Assembly (NCBI GenBank): GCA_039091335.1
Contig: JAWCME010000003.1
Coordinates: 1-38,295 of the forward strand
Direction of reading: 5' to 3'
Length of the DNA: 38,295 bases
Origin: Candidatus Aenigmatarchaeota archaeon
GTDB taxonomy: Archaea; Aenigmatarchaeota; Aenigmatarchaeia; CG10238-14; SCSR01
The notes below the pieces were generated by a model, which had not been told where the DNA came from, did not search any database, and saw nothing but the letters and a program-made list of their open reading frames with translations. The position numbers were made by a program, and so were the translations under genes. This document shows, piece by piece, positions 16,862-26,385 of the stretch; positions within the stretch are counted from its first letter, which is position 1; each line of letters starts with the position of its first letter.

Positions 16862-18442
16862 TTAAGCATATTTAACGATTTTCGTTATAGTTCCTATACC
16901 TTTTGTCCTTCCTTCTCTAAAAACAAAACTGTCGTTTAGTTGTATAAACCTTGGTTTATACTTAAAAGTTATTCTAACATTACCGCTTTCTCCAGCTTTC
17001 AAGTATTTTTTATCAAGCAATTCAAATTTTGCAGATTCTTGAATTGTTTCTATGCAAACAACGGGCTCATACCCAGAACTTATTCTAGTAGGATGATTTA
17101 GTACAAGAACTTCTGCCTCAAAACTTTTTACTGCCTTTGGATTCAGTTCTTCATCGCATAATATCATCCCTCTTTCAACATCTTCATTCTTTACTCCCTT
17201 TATCGCAATTCCAACAATAAAACCGGCGTTTGCTTCCTTTAATGGGTAATAATGCATTTCTATGCTTTTTGCTCTCACCTGTTTGAATTCTCCTAGCTCG
17301 TTCGGACCTATCAGTAGCTTAGAACCCGTTTTAAGTTTTCCTTGTCTTATTGTGCCTGAAACAACAGTTCCTGTTCCAGGAATGTTATATATTCTATCAA
17401 TAAACATCAAAAACGGCTTTTCTATTTCCTTCCTTCTTCCTGGAAGAATTAAAAGGAGCTTGTTTAGAAGATTATAACCTTCAAGAGTAACAGCAGAAGT
17501 CCTAATTATAGGAACTGAAGTATCTAGTTTATCAGATATTATAGTTACGTCTCTTTCATCTCTAATCTTGAACGGAACCTTTCCAACAAGTTTAAACAAC
17601 CCTTCTATATTATTTTCAACCTCTTCCAATCTTTTATTCCCAACCTTATCTGTTTTTGTGATGCAAGTTATTATCGGCAAATTCATTGCAAGTAACAATC
17701 CCATATGCTCCTTTGTCATATATGTTACACCATCATCAGCTGAAACAACAAGTATACCATAATCTATGTACTGACCTATAAGCCCCCTAATCGCTGTATG
17801 TAAAAAGGTTTCATGCCCAACAGTATCAACAAAACTTACTACTTTATCTGCACTTTCAATTAAAACTGCCCTCTCCTTTTTGTCGAGTGGGTTTTCAAGA
17901 TTTATTGGTTTACCGTCTTTGAAGCCATAAAGAGTAAAATGTAGGTCTGCAGATAATCCCCGCTCAATTTCATGAGGGAGTATATTAAGGTAGAGCCACG
18001 CCTTTCCGTTTACATCTCTTTTCCCCCTAATTAGTGTTGCTATCAGTGTTGATTTTCCAGAACCAACATGTCCCGCTGTCGCAACAATTATATGACTTTT
18101 AACCTCAGCCCCGTACCTTTTTGATATCAAAACTCTTCCTATTGTTTTCCCATTTTCACTAAATTTTTCTACCTTTAAAATTTCAGCGTCATTTTCAGCT
18201 GCTATTGCCCGCAAAACAGATAAAGTTTCTTCAAATTCAATTTCCGTTAATCCTTTTGTAACTCCGTCATCACTTACTCCAATTACATAAATGGCCCTTC
18301 CATTTCCTACTTCTAGCCTAAACTTCATTTGGCTTGCGAGCTGTTCTTTTCTTCCCTCTCTTAGATGATATCCTATACTAAGTTTTTCTTTGAATTCTAT
18401 GTTTTTGTTTTCTTTCCTTGGAATTTTTGTCTTTTCTATCAT
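16862..18442 (-). CDS. GTPBP1/2-like translational GTPase (EF-Tu-like domains)
   Basis: NIEFKE...QMKFRLEVGNGRAIYVIGVSDDG N-domain; GHVGSGKST, DTVGHE, TKTD, FREGRTKGIG. Confidence 0.9.
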   Translation of the reverse strand: MIEKTKIPRKENKNIEFKEKLSIGYHLREGRKEQLASQMKFRLEVGNGRAIYVIGVSDDGVTKGLTEIEFEETLSVLRAIAAENDAEILKVEKFSENGKTIGRVLISKRYGAEVKSHIIVATAGHVGSGKSTLIATLIRGKRDVNGKAWLYLNILPHEIERGLSADLHFTLYGFKDGKPINLENPLDKKERAVLIESADKVVSFVDTVGHETFLHTAIRGLIGQYIDYGILVVSADDGVTYMTKEHMGLLLAMNLPIITCITKTDKVGNKRLEEVENNIEGLFKLVGKVPFKIRDERDVTIISDKLDTSVPIIRTSAVTLEGYNLLNKLLLILPGRRKEIEKPFLMFIDRIYNIPGTGTVVSGTIRQGKLKTGSKLLIGPNELGEFKQVRAKSIEMHYYPLKEANAGFIVGIAIKGVKNEDVERGMILCDEELNPKAVKSFEAEVLVLNHPTRISSGYEPVVCIETIQESAKFELLDKKYLKAGESGNVRITFKYKPRFIQLNDSFVFREGRTKGIGTITKIVKYA

Positions 18443-18498
18443 AATCAAACTTATTTTATCTTTTAAAACTTAAGTTTATGGATGGAATAAATTAAATT

Positions 18499-19344
18499 GT
18501 GAAAATATATCTTGGAAGTGCCGGTATACCTACAGTCTCAAAGGACAGAAGCACTATAGGAGGAATAAAATGTATCTCTGAGCTTGGTCTTTCGGCGCTT
18601 GAAGTTCAGTTTGTAAGAAGGGTTGCAATGAGTTCAGAAATTGCGAAGGAGGCAGGAAAACTTTCAAAGGATTTGAACATAAAATTATCTGTGCATGCTC
18701 CCTATGCAATAAACCTGTGCTCAGAGGAAATGAAAAAAGTAGAGGCGTCGAAGAATAGGATAATTGAATCAGCAGAAAAAGCAGATTTGATGAATGCTAA
18801 TATAGTAGTATTTCATCCAGGATATTATGGAAAGCTAAGTCCTGAGAGGGCAATAGAATCTGTAAAACAAGCATGCTCTGATATGGTAGAAGAGATGAAA
18901 TCAAAAGACATTGAAGTTAAGCTTGGTTTAGAAACAACAGGAAAACAAGCTGCCTTTGGAACCTTGGACGAGATAATAAATATTTGTAAGGAAGTTAAAG
19001 ATTGTCGTCCTGTAATAGATTTTGCTCATCTAAACTGTAGATGTGCCGGATGTTTAAGAAGGGAAGAAGATTATGCAAACATTTTTAAAAAATTGGAAAA
19101 AATTAAAATTGATTGTTTGCATACTCATTTTACATGTGCAGAATTTTCTGTTGTTGGGGTTGGAAAAGGGAATGAAAGATTTCATCTAGAGTTAAAAGAA
19201 AACAAGCCTCCTTTTGAACCTTTAGCAAAGGAAATTTTGAAAAGGAATATTGACATTACAATAATAAGTGAAAGCCCTATACTTGAACAAGATTCTTTGA
19301 AAATGAAAAAAATTTTTGAGGACTTAGGTTATAAATCAGAATAA
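18499..19344 (+). CDS. nfo: Endonuclease IV / AP endonuclease family 2
   Basis: SVHAPYAINL, VFHPG, LETTG, IDFAH, HTHF, ISESP. Confidence 0.88.
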   Translation: MKIYLGSAGIPTVSKDRSTIGGIKCISELGLSALEVQFVRRVAMSSEIAKEAGKLSKDLNIKLSVHAPYAINLCSEEMKKVEASKNRIIESAEKADLMNANIVVFHPGYYGKLSPERAIESVKQACSDMVEEMKSKDIEVKLGLETTGKQAAFGTLDEIINICKEVKDCRPVIDFAHLNCRCAGCLRREEDYANIFKKLEKIKIDCLHTHFTCAEFSVVGVGKGNERFHLELKENKPPFEPLAKEILKRNIDITIISESPILEQDSLKMKKIFEDLGYKSE

Positions 19345-19941
19345 TATATTGTTCTCTTCCAGCCCATGGTATAATCTTTTAATTACCTCTTCCATATATT
19401 CAATTCTTGGAGTAGGACAAACAAATTTCCCGTTTGAAAATAGCAATATGGTTAAATTATTCAATTTAAATATTCCTCCTGGAAATTGTTCTGGGTCATA
19501 AAAAAAATCAGGAGCAATTTCATTGATTTTTTCTAAATCAACTCTTCTATTTAAATATCCGCTTACCACAAAATTTACAACACTTGCCTTGGTTTCTATA
19601 TTTTTGGATGGAAAATGATTCGATAGTTTACTCTTCAAGTCTTCGTCCACTCTTCTCAATTCCTCTTCTGTTTTAAGTCCTGTGCATATGATGTTTGTTT
19701 TCCCCCCCCACCTTCTTTTGAAAATAACTGTTGTATATGGTGGATTTCCCCAACGAATAGAAATTGCCGGAAATGCTCTTCCATCAGGATTTTTTCTTTT
19801 CGTAGGTCTGTATTTTTCTATAATTTCTGCATTTTCTTTATCAGCAATTTCAAGAAGCCCGTAGACTAATTCATCGTTGTCAATTCCATTAAAATCTATC
19901 TTTCCAACAATGTTCACTACCCTATAAATGTATTTTTCCAT
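19336..19941 (-). CDS. tbp: Divergent TATA-binding protein family member
   Basis: Two repeats: VVNIVG...FPAI...VIF...ICTGLK and VVNFVVS...YDPEQFPG...LLFSNGK. Confidence 0.8.
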   Translation of the reverse strand: MEKYIYRVVNIVGKIDFNGIDNDELVYGLLEIADKENAEIIEKYRPTKRKNPDGRAFPAISIRWGNPPYTTVIFKRRWGGKTNIICTGLKTEEELRRVDEDLKSKLSNHFPSKNIETKASVVNFVVSGYLNRRVDLEKINEIAPDFFYDPEQFPGGIFKLNNLTILLFSNGKFVCPTPRIEYMEEVIKRLYHGLEENNILF

Positions 19942-19966
19942 ACTATTAACTATGAAAATAAAAAAT

Positions 19967-20635
19967 TTATATACTTTTTAAAATCTCCCTATAAAATTTT
20001 AATTTTTTGGGCTTGAGACCAAGAGTAAAGACAATACCAAAAACAAAACCTCCAACATGCGCCCAGAATGCCACATTACTTCCAGAAAAACCAAAAAAGC
20101 TTATAGTAGCAAAAACGAACTGTAAAACAAACCAAAAACCTATTACAATGTATGCTGGTATGTGGATAAAACTGTATCCGAACCTTGTTAGTATCATTTC
20201 TTTCGGAAAAATTAAAAAATAAGAACCTAATATTCCTGATACTGCGCCAGAAGCACCTATAGCAGGTATTTCTGACCCAATATTTGTTAAAAGGTGAAAA
20301 AAGGATGCAACAATTCCTGAGAAGAAATACAGAATAAGAAATTTCAATCTTCCAAACCTATCCTCTATATTGTCTCCAAAAATCCAAAGATACCACATAT
20401 TTCCAAATATATGGTCAAAACCACCATGTAAAAACATTGAAGTAAAGAGTGTTAGCAAAGATGGATGAGCAGGAATAAATCCAAAGCTAAGGATAAAAAA
20501 TTCAAAGTCTTGTAAGCTTAGAATAAACACAAAAACATTAAGAGTTATTAAAGTTATAGTAACTAAAGGAAACTTTCTTCTAGGTGCTGTATCAGAAAGA
20601 GGAAAAAACTGTCCTTTTCTGCTTTTAAAAAACAT
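19967..20635 (-). CDS. Rhomboid intramembrane serine protease
   Basis: SMFLHGG, HIFGNM, GASGA, WAHVGG. Confidence 0.95.
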   Translation of the reverse strand: MFFKSRKGQFFPLSDTAPRRKFPLVTITLITLNVFVFILSLQDFEFFILSFGFIPAHPSLLTLFTSMFLHGGFDHIFGNMWYLWIFGDNIEDRFGRLKFLILYFFSGIVASFFHLLTNIGSEIPAIGASGAVSGILGSYFLIFPKEMILTRFGYSFIHIPAYIVIGFWFVLQFVFATISFFGFSGSNVAFWAHVGGFVFGIVFTLGLKPKKLKFYREILKSI

Positions 20636-20785
20636 AAATAGAATTGTCCTTTTCTTAATTTATATCTTTCATTTCTCTTACTAAACTCCTTTCTCCTATA
20701 CTAAAAAAATATTAAAAATTTGGAAGAAAATTTAATAAAATAAAAGGTTTAAAAATTTTTAATATTAAAATTTATTAGTGAAAAA

Positions 20786-21091
20786 ATGGAAGAAAAGGTT
20801 AAACTTACACAAAGATTGTTTCTAGACATACTAAGGGATACGGGCTATGCACCAGACCCAGAGCTTGTCAGAAAAGTAGCAGAAAACAATAGCTTATCAA
20901 ACTTGAAAAAAACCTACGAACTTTTAAAATATTTGAATACTCCTGTCCTAGAATTTAGGGAAGGAAGAGAAAAAATAGTAGCTAGAGCTATGTGCTACTA
21001 TGTTTCAATGGCAATCGATGAAACTGGAAAAATACTGTCAATGAATATCTACAACTATAAGCCAAACGAAAGGATAAGAATTGTTAGGTAA
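20786..21091 (+). CDS. Hypothetical protein
   Basis: 101-codon ORF after an AT-rich intergenic region; no motif recognised. Confidence 0.6.
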   Translation: MEEKVKLTQRLFLDILRDTGYAPDPELVRKVAENNSLSNLKKTYELLKYLNTPVLEFREGREKIVARAMCYYVSMAIDETGKILSMNIYNYKPNERIRIVR

Positions 21092-21103
21092 TTTTTTTTC
21101 TTT

Positions 21104-21886
21104 TTATACAACTCCAACCAACACTTCTTCCTCTAAATTTTTTGGAATTTCATCTTTTAGAATGTTGTGAAGACAGTACGAAAAAACCAAAGAAGTTTGC
21201 ATTGGACCATGTTTATTGATATAATTAGAGATTGTTTTTATGAGTGGTTGTCTATATATTATTTTTTCTTGAATTATTTCAGGGAAGAATCTGCTCTTAA
21301 GAACCTCTGCATGTCCTTTATAGAGAATTTCATAATCTTCAGTTTCAATAACATGTGGTAGAATTGGTTGTACAAGCTCTAAATAAGCAAAAACCATATT
21401 TGCCCTTTTTATCGGATTGGTTTCGATAATACATGCCCTGGGTATTTTTTCACATTTTTCTACAATTTCTCTGGTTTTAAAAGCGAAGTCTTTTGGGTCT
21501 TGTCCACCATACTTACAGCTATTCCTTACGGATGTACTAATATAAAGATCACCCGTAGCAACTTCAAGTAGAAATGAATCTACTATTGTAATCATCCAAG
21601 GTGGCATTCTTTTATATCTTTCTAATTCCCAGCTTACTGTTTTTAGTCCTTTCATCCTTTTTATCATATTTTTTCTTTCCTCTTTGTATCGCGATGTTGG
21701 ATCAATATACCTATCAAGCTGGTTTAAATTGCTCCTGATTTCGTCAATATTGGATTTAATTATAAGCGGGTTGCGATTGTTAAATTCTTGATATTTTTTT
21801 GAGAGTATAGATAGGGTAGTCGCATATAGAGTTTCTTCATGGAATGGGTCATACTCTCCAATTCGCATATAACCTACTTCTTTCAT
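21104..21886 (-). CDS. Hypothetical protein
   Basis: 260-codon ORF; no motif recognised. Confidence 0.65.
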   Translation of the reverse strand: MKEVGYMRIGEYDPFHEETLYATTLSILSKKYQEFNNRNPLIIKSNIDEIRSNLNQLDRYIDPTSRYKEERKNMIKRMKGLKTVSWELERYKRMPPWMITIVDSFLLEVATGDLYISTSVRNSCKYGGQDPKDFAFKTREIVEKCEKIPRACIIETNPIKRANMVFAYLELVQPILPHVIETEDYEILYKGHAEVLKSRFFPEIIQEKIIYRQPLIKTISNYINKHGPMQTSLVFSYCLHNILKDEIPKNLEEEVLVGVV

Positions 21887-21966
21887 AAAAATTTATTTTT
21901 AATCTTTGTCAACTTTTTAAATAAAATTTGAAAACTATTTATTTTTTTAATTTCGTTAATTAATCG

Positions 21967-23427
21967 ATGAACTCTAGCTTGGGTCGAATCAGAGAAAGTC
22001 CGCAATACCTTAAATATAGATTTAAGCAGGAAGAGATTCTAAACAAACTTTCATCACAGCTTGAAAACATTGCTTCTGAAGCATACTCCAGAATAAAAAG
22101 GGAAAGGAAGATCTTTAAGCTATACTGTATAATAGAGCTACCGATACCAAAAGACGATAGAAAAATCCTTGGAAATTTTCCTACAAAACTTTTTGAATTG
22201 TCTTTACCAACAGTAGAAAAAATAGAACTACCAAGTAGGGAGTGGAGAGATTTTTCCATCTATAGGTTTGGATTACAATCGTATATTCAAAACAAGGAGG
22301 ACATAATAACACTTTTAGGTCTAATTCTCGAAAATGAAAGATTAAATTATTTGCCGTTTATTGGTTCAGAAGTAGGAATTTCTCATTCTTCTGAAGGAAA
22401 AACAAGTGTGTATTCTTATCATAGACTTGCTTCCACCACATTTAAAAAAGAAAGATTTCAACCTCCATTTAAAGATCTTTTTGAATTTCTTCCATATTAT
22501 CTTTCTGTGGTTGATAGTGGAAAAATGTTCATAAAAGAGTTATATGATAGAAGAAACTTGGCTGTGTGCAGAATGTCAGAAGGACTTGTTTGGATAAGGA
22601 GAACAAGAAATGGAAAAGATATTCGCATTAACAGTCCAGATGAAATTACTGATGATTTGGTACCGTGGGGGGCATTCGAATTTTTTGTTGAAGATAACAA
22701 ATGCTGGTTGGAAAAAACGAACTGTAGTGAATGCGATAAATTGTGTTTTCCAAACGTTTGTTTTGATTTAGATCCAGGAGAAAAAATTGAGAGAGAAAAA
22801 TGCATTCATGTGCTAACGCTAATTCAAAAATTTTTGGAAGATAAAGGAATTCATTATGTCATAAAACACACAGGAGGAAGGGGTTATAACATAGATATTT
22901 TTATAAAAAACTTCACTCCTCCAGAGGCTGGAGTATACATTCCATTGAATGTTTTGAAGCATCAAAGAGAAATGTCTTCAAAGAGGATGAAAGAGATAAT
23001 AGAAGAAAAGGCATATAATCCATATGATGTAATAAGAGATTTTGTAAGGATGATAACCGATTATTTAAGGGGCGATTTGGATTTCCTTGTTCATGATATG
23101 TCTAGTTCTGCATGGCAATTGAATACAATAACCGTAGATGCAGGGAGCATTAAGAGAAGGTCCTACCATAAGGCATACTATACATTAACAGAGAAAAAAA
23201 CAATGTGTCTTCCTATTTCCCCTGAGACAAATAAGGAAGAGATTAAAAAAATAGACGAAATTTCAAAAAAATTTTCAGATATAGGAGAATATCTAGATCA
23301 ATTGCCTTATGTTGAGATAAAATACATTGATTCGACCTTTATAAGAGATTTTATTGAAGACGAGGAAAGAAGGTTGTATAAAGAGCTTTATGATGATTGT
23401 TTGAGAAGATTAAGGTTTTTGGGTTGA
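21967..23427 (+). CDS. Archaeo-eukaryotic primase superfamily protein, LigD-polymerase-like domain with unknown N-terminal region
   Basis: LVPWGAFEF, CFDLDPG (DxD), KHTGGRGYNI (motif II region), ITVD (possible motif III). Confidence 0.7.
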   Translation: MNSSLGRIRESPQYLKYRFKQEEILNKLSSQLENIASEAYSRIKRERKIFKLYCIIELPIPKDDRKILGNFPTKLFELSLPTVEKIELPSREWRDFSIYRFGLQSYIQNKEDIITLLGLILENERLNYLPFIGSEVGISHSSEGKTSVYSYHRLASTTFKKERFQPPFKDLFEFLPYYLSVVDSGKMFIKELYDRRNLAVCRMSEGLVWIRRTRNGKDIRINSPDEITDDLVPWGAFEFFVEDNKCWLEKTNCSECDKLCFPNVCFDLDPGEKIEREKCIHVLTLIQKFLEDKGIHYVIKHTGGRGYNIDIFIKNFTPPEAGVYIPLNVLKHQREMSSKRMKEIIEEKAYNPYDVIRDFVRMITDYLRGDLDFLVHDMSSSAWQLNTITVDAGSIKRRSYHKAYYTLTEKKTMCLPISPETNKEEIKKIDEISKKFSDIGEYLDQLPYVEIKYIDSTFIRDFIEDEERRLYKELYDDCLRRLRFLG

Positions 23428-23443
23428 GTTTAAAAGAATTAAA

Positions 23444-23546
23444 AGTTGGTACGAGGTTTAGATTTTTTTGACTTTCAGAGGTTTCCGAAGAAACTCTCGA
23501 AAGTCGCTGTAGCAAATGCTACATCTAAACTTCCTCCCAACTACAA
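23444..23546 (-). ncRNA. Candidate structured ncRNA (three-way junction), family unknown
   Basis: Nested inverted repeats; C(UUCG)G tetraloop on the minus strand; BRE/TATA-like box upstream; T-run at 3' end. Confidence 0.5.
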
Positions 23547-23566
23547 CTTAAATTTAAATTAACTTA

Positions 23567-23580
23567 CTTATAAACTTTTC
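23567..23580 (-). promoter_or_regulatory. BRE + TATA-like box upstream of the candidate ncRNA
   Basis: Minus strand GAAAAG-TTTATAAG, about 25 nt before the first paired base. Confidence 0.4.
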
Positions 23581-23624
23581 CTTTATATTTATTCTAAATT
23601 TTTTAGAAAAAATAAAAAAATATT

Positions 23625-24047
23625 ATGAAAAAATTTGAATTTGTTGACATAACAACAGCTGATGTAGCGTTTAGGGCATATGGAAAAAGCTTGGAAGAAC
23701 TTTTTGAAAATGCTGCTTTGGCTATGTTTGAAGTTGTTGTTGACACTAAGAAAATTGAGCCATTGGTAGAGAAAAAGTTAAAGGTAGATGGAATTGATTT
23801 AAAGTCTTTATTGTTCAATTGGTTAAATGAACTGCTTATATTTGTGGATTCAGAAAATCTCGCTTTTTCTCAATTCAAGGTTAAAATAGACAAAGAAAAA
23901 ATGAGCTTAGAGGCTGTTTGTAAAGGAGAAAAAATAGACAGAAAAAAACATGAAACAAGAACGAATGTTAAAGCTGCAACATATCATAAAATGGAAGTTG
24001 AGAAAATGGGAGAAATTTTTTATGCACAAGTAATTTTAGATATTTAA
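23625..24047 (+). CDS. Archease (RtcB cofactor)
   Basis: TADVAFRAYGKSLEELFENAA, WLNELL, VKAATYH, terminal LDI. Confidence 0.95.
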   Translation: MKKFEFVDITTADVAFRAYGKSLEELFENAALAMFEVVVDTKKIEPLVEKKLKVDGIDLKSLLFNWLNELLIFVDSENLAFSQFKVKIDKEKMSLEAVCKGEKIDRKKHETRTNVKAATYHKMEVEKMGEIFYAQVILDI

Positions 24048-24120
24048 TTTATCTTGTTTTTGAAATAAACAAGTTTTTCATACATTAAAATGTTTTAAAT
24101 GGGAATTGTAGAAAAAGGCA

Positions 24121-24257
24121 TGCCCCCACCGGGATTTGAACCCGGGTTTGCTGGAGAACTCTCAGCCTTTCATCTTTTTTTCAAACCTTTCGAAATCAAT
24201 CGAAAGGGCTGCATCCTTGACCGGATTTTCCTGGCAGACCATCTAGACTATGGGGGC
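24121..24257 (-). tRNA. tRNA-Glu(UUC) with three introns (24219-24236, 24169-24200, 24148-24160)
   Basis: GCCCCCA/TGGGGGC acceptor; removing 18+32+13 nt gives a 74-nt cloverleaf with CAGCC-CTTTCGA-GGCTG. Confidence 0.88.
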
Positions 24258-24314
24258 TTTTAAATCTAATAGTTTTAAAAATAATTAAACTTTTTTAAAA
24301 TTTAATTATTTTAA

Positions 24315-24929
24315 TTATGTTTTTGTTAGCTCACCTGATACTATTTTCCAAATCTTCTCATGATTCTCTGTTATATCTTTTGAGCCATCTATAACAAACC
24401 ACTTTACCTCTTTATCTTTTCTAACAATGTCTAGATAAGCCATTCTTATTTCTTCCATAGTTTCTTTTTCCCTCTGTAACCTTTCCAAAATTTCTCCCTT
24501 TGTAAAATCTTCTATAGTTAATTGTTGAATTCTTTGAATACTTATTTCAATAGGCACATCTATCAAGAAACCTATATGCGGTTTAATGTTGAGTTTCTCT
24601 ATGCATATTAACCATTCTAATGGTACACCTTTAACTTTTTGATGCACAAAATTGCTGTAACAGTATCTATTACACAGCACTATTGTTCCTTTTTCTAGAA
24701 ACGATTTTATCCTTTCTTGACTTCTTGTTCTATCGGCTGCAAAAAGAAGGGATTGAGTAATCGGATCAAATTCTATTCTTCTTGTTAATCTTGCGATTTC
24801 ACCATCATAATCAGGAAAGCTAATAATCGTTACTTCTCTTCCAATGCCTTTAAGCCTCTCTGCTAATAATTTTATGTGTGTTTTCTTTCCAGCTCCTATT
24901 ATTCCTTCGAAAACAATAAATAAACTCAT
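24315..24929 (-). CDS. tmk: Thymidylate kinase family protein
   Basis: FIVFEGIIGAGKKT, SFPDY, LLFAADR, CNRY, IDGSK. Confidence 0.8.
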   Translation of the reverse strand: MSLFIVFEGIIGAGKKTHIKLLAERLKGIGREVTIISFPDYDGEIARLTRRIEFDPITQSLLFAADRTRSQERIKSFLEKGTIVLCNRYCYSNFVHQKVKGVPLEWLICIEKLNIKPHIGFLIDVPIEISIQRIQQLTIEDFTKGEILERLQREKETMEEIRMAYLDIVRKDKEVKWFVIDGSKDITENHEKIWKIVSGELTKT

Positions 24930-25025
24930 TAAAAAAAGGTTGTGTTCTCTGTTTTTAAGTTTTTAAAATTTAAATAAAAAAATTTAGAAAAAAACGGCAA
25001 ATTTCTATTAAAATTAAAGGTATTA

Positions 25026-25125
25026 TGGGCGAGGCCGGATTTGAACCGGCGACCGTTCCCGGTAAAACTCTCGGTTATCAGCCGATTAAGCTAATTGTGC
25101 TCCAACCAGGCTGAGCTACTCGCCC
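25026..25125 (-). tRNA. tRNA-Ile(GAU) with two non-canonical introns (25086-25096, 25056-25069)
   Basis: GGGCGAG/CTCGCCC; removing 11+14 nt gives CTCGG-CTGATAA-CCGAG arm and a 75-nt cloverleaf. Confidence 0.92.
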
Positions 25126-25182
25126 GTAAATAAAATATGAATCAAGATTAAATTTAAGCTTTTATTGTTTTTGGTTATTAAT

Positions 25183-26313
25183 ATGAGAAAAGTTGGAATA
25201 GCAGAGCTCCCGCTTCATTGGGGAAATGCTCCTAAGTGGTTGTTTGATAGAATGGTTAAACTGGGGAGTAAAATAACTGAAACTATTGTTTTTGAATATG
25301 GAATTGAAGAATTTCTTCGAAGGCTTTCTAATCCGTTTTGGTTTCAATCCTTTTCATGTGTTTTGGGTTGGGACTATCATTCTAGTGGCTCAACCACTGT
25401 ATTAACTGCAGTTCTCAAAGATGCTATCAACCCACAAAAATTTGGGCTTGGAATAGCAGGAGGGAAGGGAAAAGCAAGCAGAAAAACACCAGAAGAGATA
25501 AAAAAAATTGGAGAAGATTTTTCACTCTCTAGCTCAAAAATTGAAAAATTGGTTTATTCAAGTAAGATGTCAGCTAAAATTGATAATGTTGCGATTCAGT
25601 CCGACTATCATTTATACCATCATTCTTTCTTCTTCACAGAAAAGGGAAAATGGGTAGTGATTCAGCAAGGTATGGATGTTAATACGCAAACTGCTAGGCG
25701 CTATCACTGGTTCTCTGAAGAAATGAAATCTTTTGTGGAAGAGCCGCATTCAGCAATTTGTTGTGATTTAAAAAAAGAAAATGTTTTAGACATGACATCA
25801 AGAAAAAGCGAGGAAGCAAGGAAGGTTTCTTTAGATTTAGTTAAAGAAGGGCCAAGAAGAGTTAAAAACGATTTACTCTCTTTAAGACCAGTTTATCAAA
25901 AAAACTTATCGGAATTTATTCCAACTAAAACAAAAAAGGATTTTGTGACCTACATTTTAAAGATGCCCAGGAAGGTTAATTGGAAGGTTTTAGAAAAAGC
26001 TTATAATTTTCAACCAAGAAATTATGAAGAACTTTTAGGAATAGAGGGAATTGGTCCTAGCACAGTAAGAGGATTGGCACTAATTTCTGAAATAATTTAT
26101 GGTTCTCCTCCAAGCTGGAAAGACCCTGTGAAATTTAGCTTTGCTTATGGAGGAAAAGATGGTGTGCCTAAGCCTGTAAACAGAAAAAGTATGGACGAAT
26201 CAATAAATTTTTTAGAGGAAATTCTAAAACAAGCTGAAATAGAAAAGAGAGAAAAGTTAGAGGCTTTAAAAAGGTTAAAAAATATTATACCAAACAAACA
26301 AATTCTGGAGTAA
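25183..26313 (+). CDS. DUF763 family protein
   Basis: LPLHWGNAPKWL, WDYHSSGSTT, YHLYHH, QQGM, ARRYHW, HhH-like GIGPSTVR, GGKDGVP. Confidence 0.9.
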   Translation: MRKVGIAELPLHWGNAPKWLFDRMVKLGSKITETIVFEYGIEEFLRRLSNPFWFQSFSCVLGWDYHSSGSTTVLTAVLKDAINPQKFGLGIAGGKGKASRKTPEEIKKIGEDFSLSSSKIEKLVYSSKMSAKIDNVAIQSDYHLYHHSFFFTEKGKWVVIQQGMDVNTQTARRYHWFSEEMKSFVEEPHSAICCDLKKENVLDMTSRKSEEARKVSLDLVKEGPRRVKNDLLSLRPVYQKNLSEFIPTKTKKDFVTYILKMPRKVNWKVLEKAYNFQPRNYEELLGIEGIGPSTVRGLALISEIIYGSPPSWKDPVKFSFAYGGKDGVPKPVNRKSMDESINFLEEILKQAEIEKREKLEALKRLKNIIPNKQILE

Positions 26314-26347
26314 ATTATAATATTTTTTCTACTAATCCTATTCACAT

Positions 26348-26366
26348 CGAAAAATTTATTTATATA
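26348..26366 (+). promoter_or_regulatory. BRE/TATA-like promoter of tRNA-Ala
   Basis: CGAAAAATTTATTTATATA 20-38 nt upstream of the tRNA 5' end. Confidence 0.5.
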
Positions 26367-26385
26367 CTATTTTATCTATAAATGT

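Noticed and set aside
19770..19805. In-frame BHB intron explaining the TBP repeat-1 insertion
   Set aside because: No 4-bp helix with flanking 3-nt bulges could be formed
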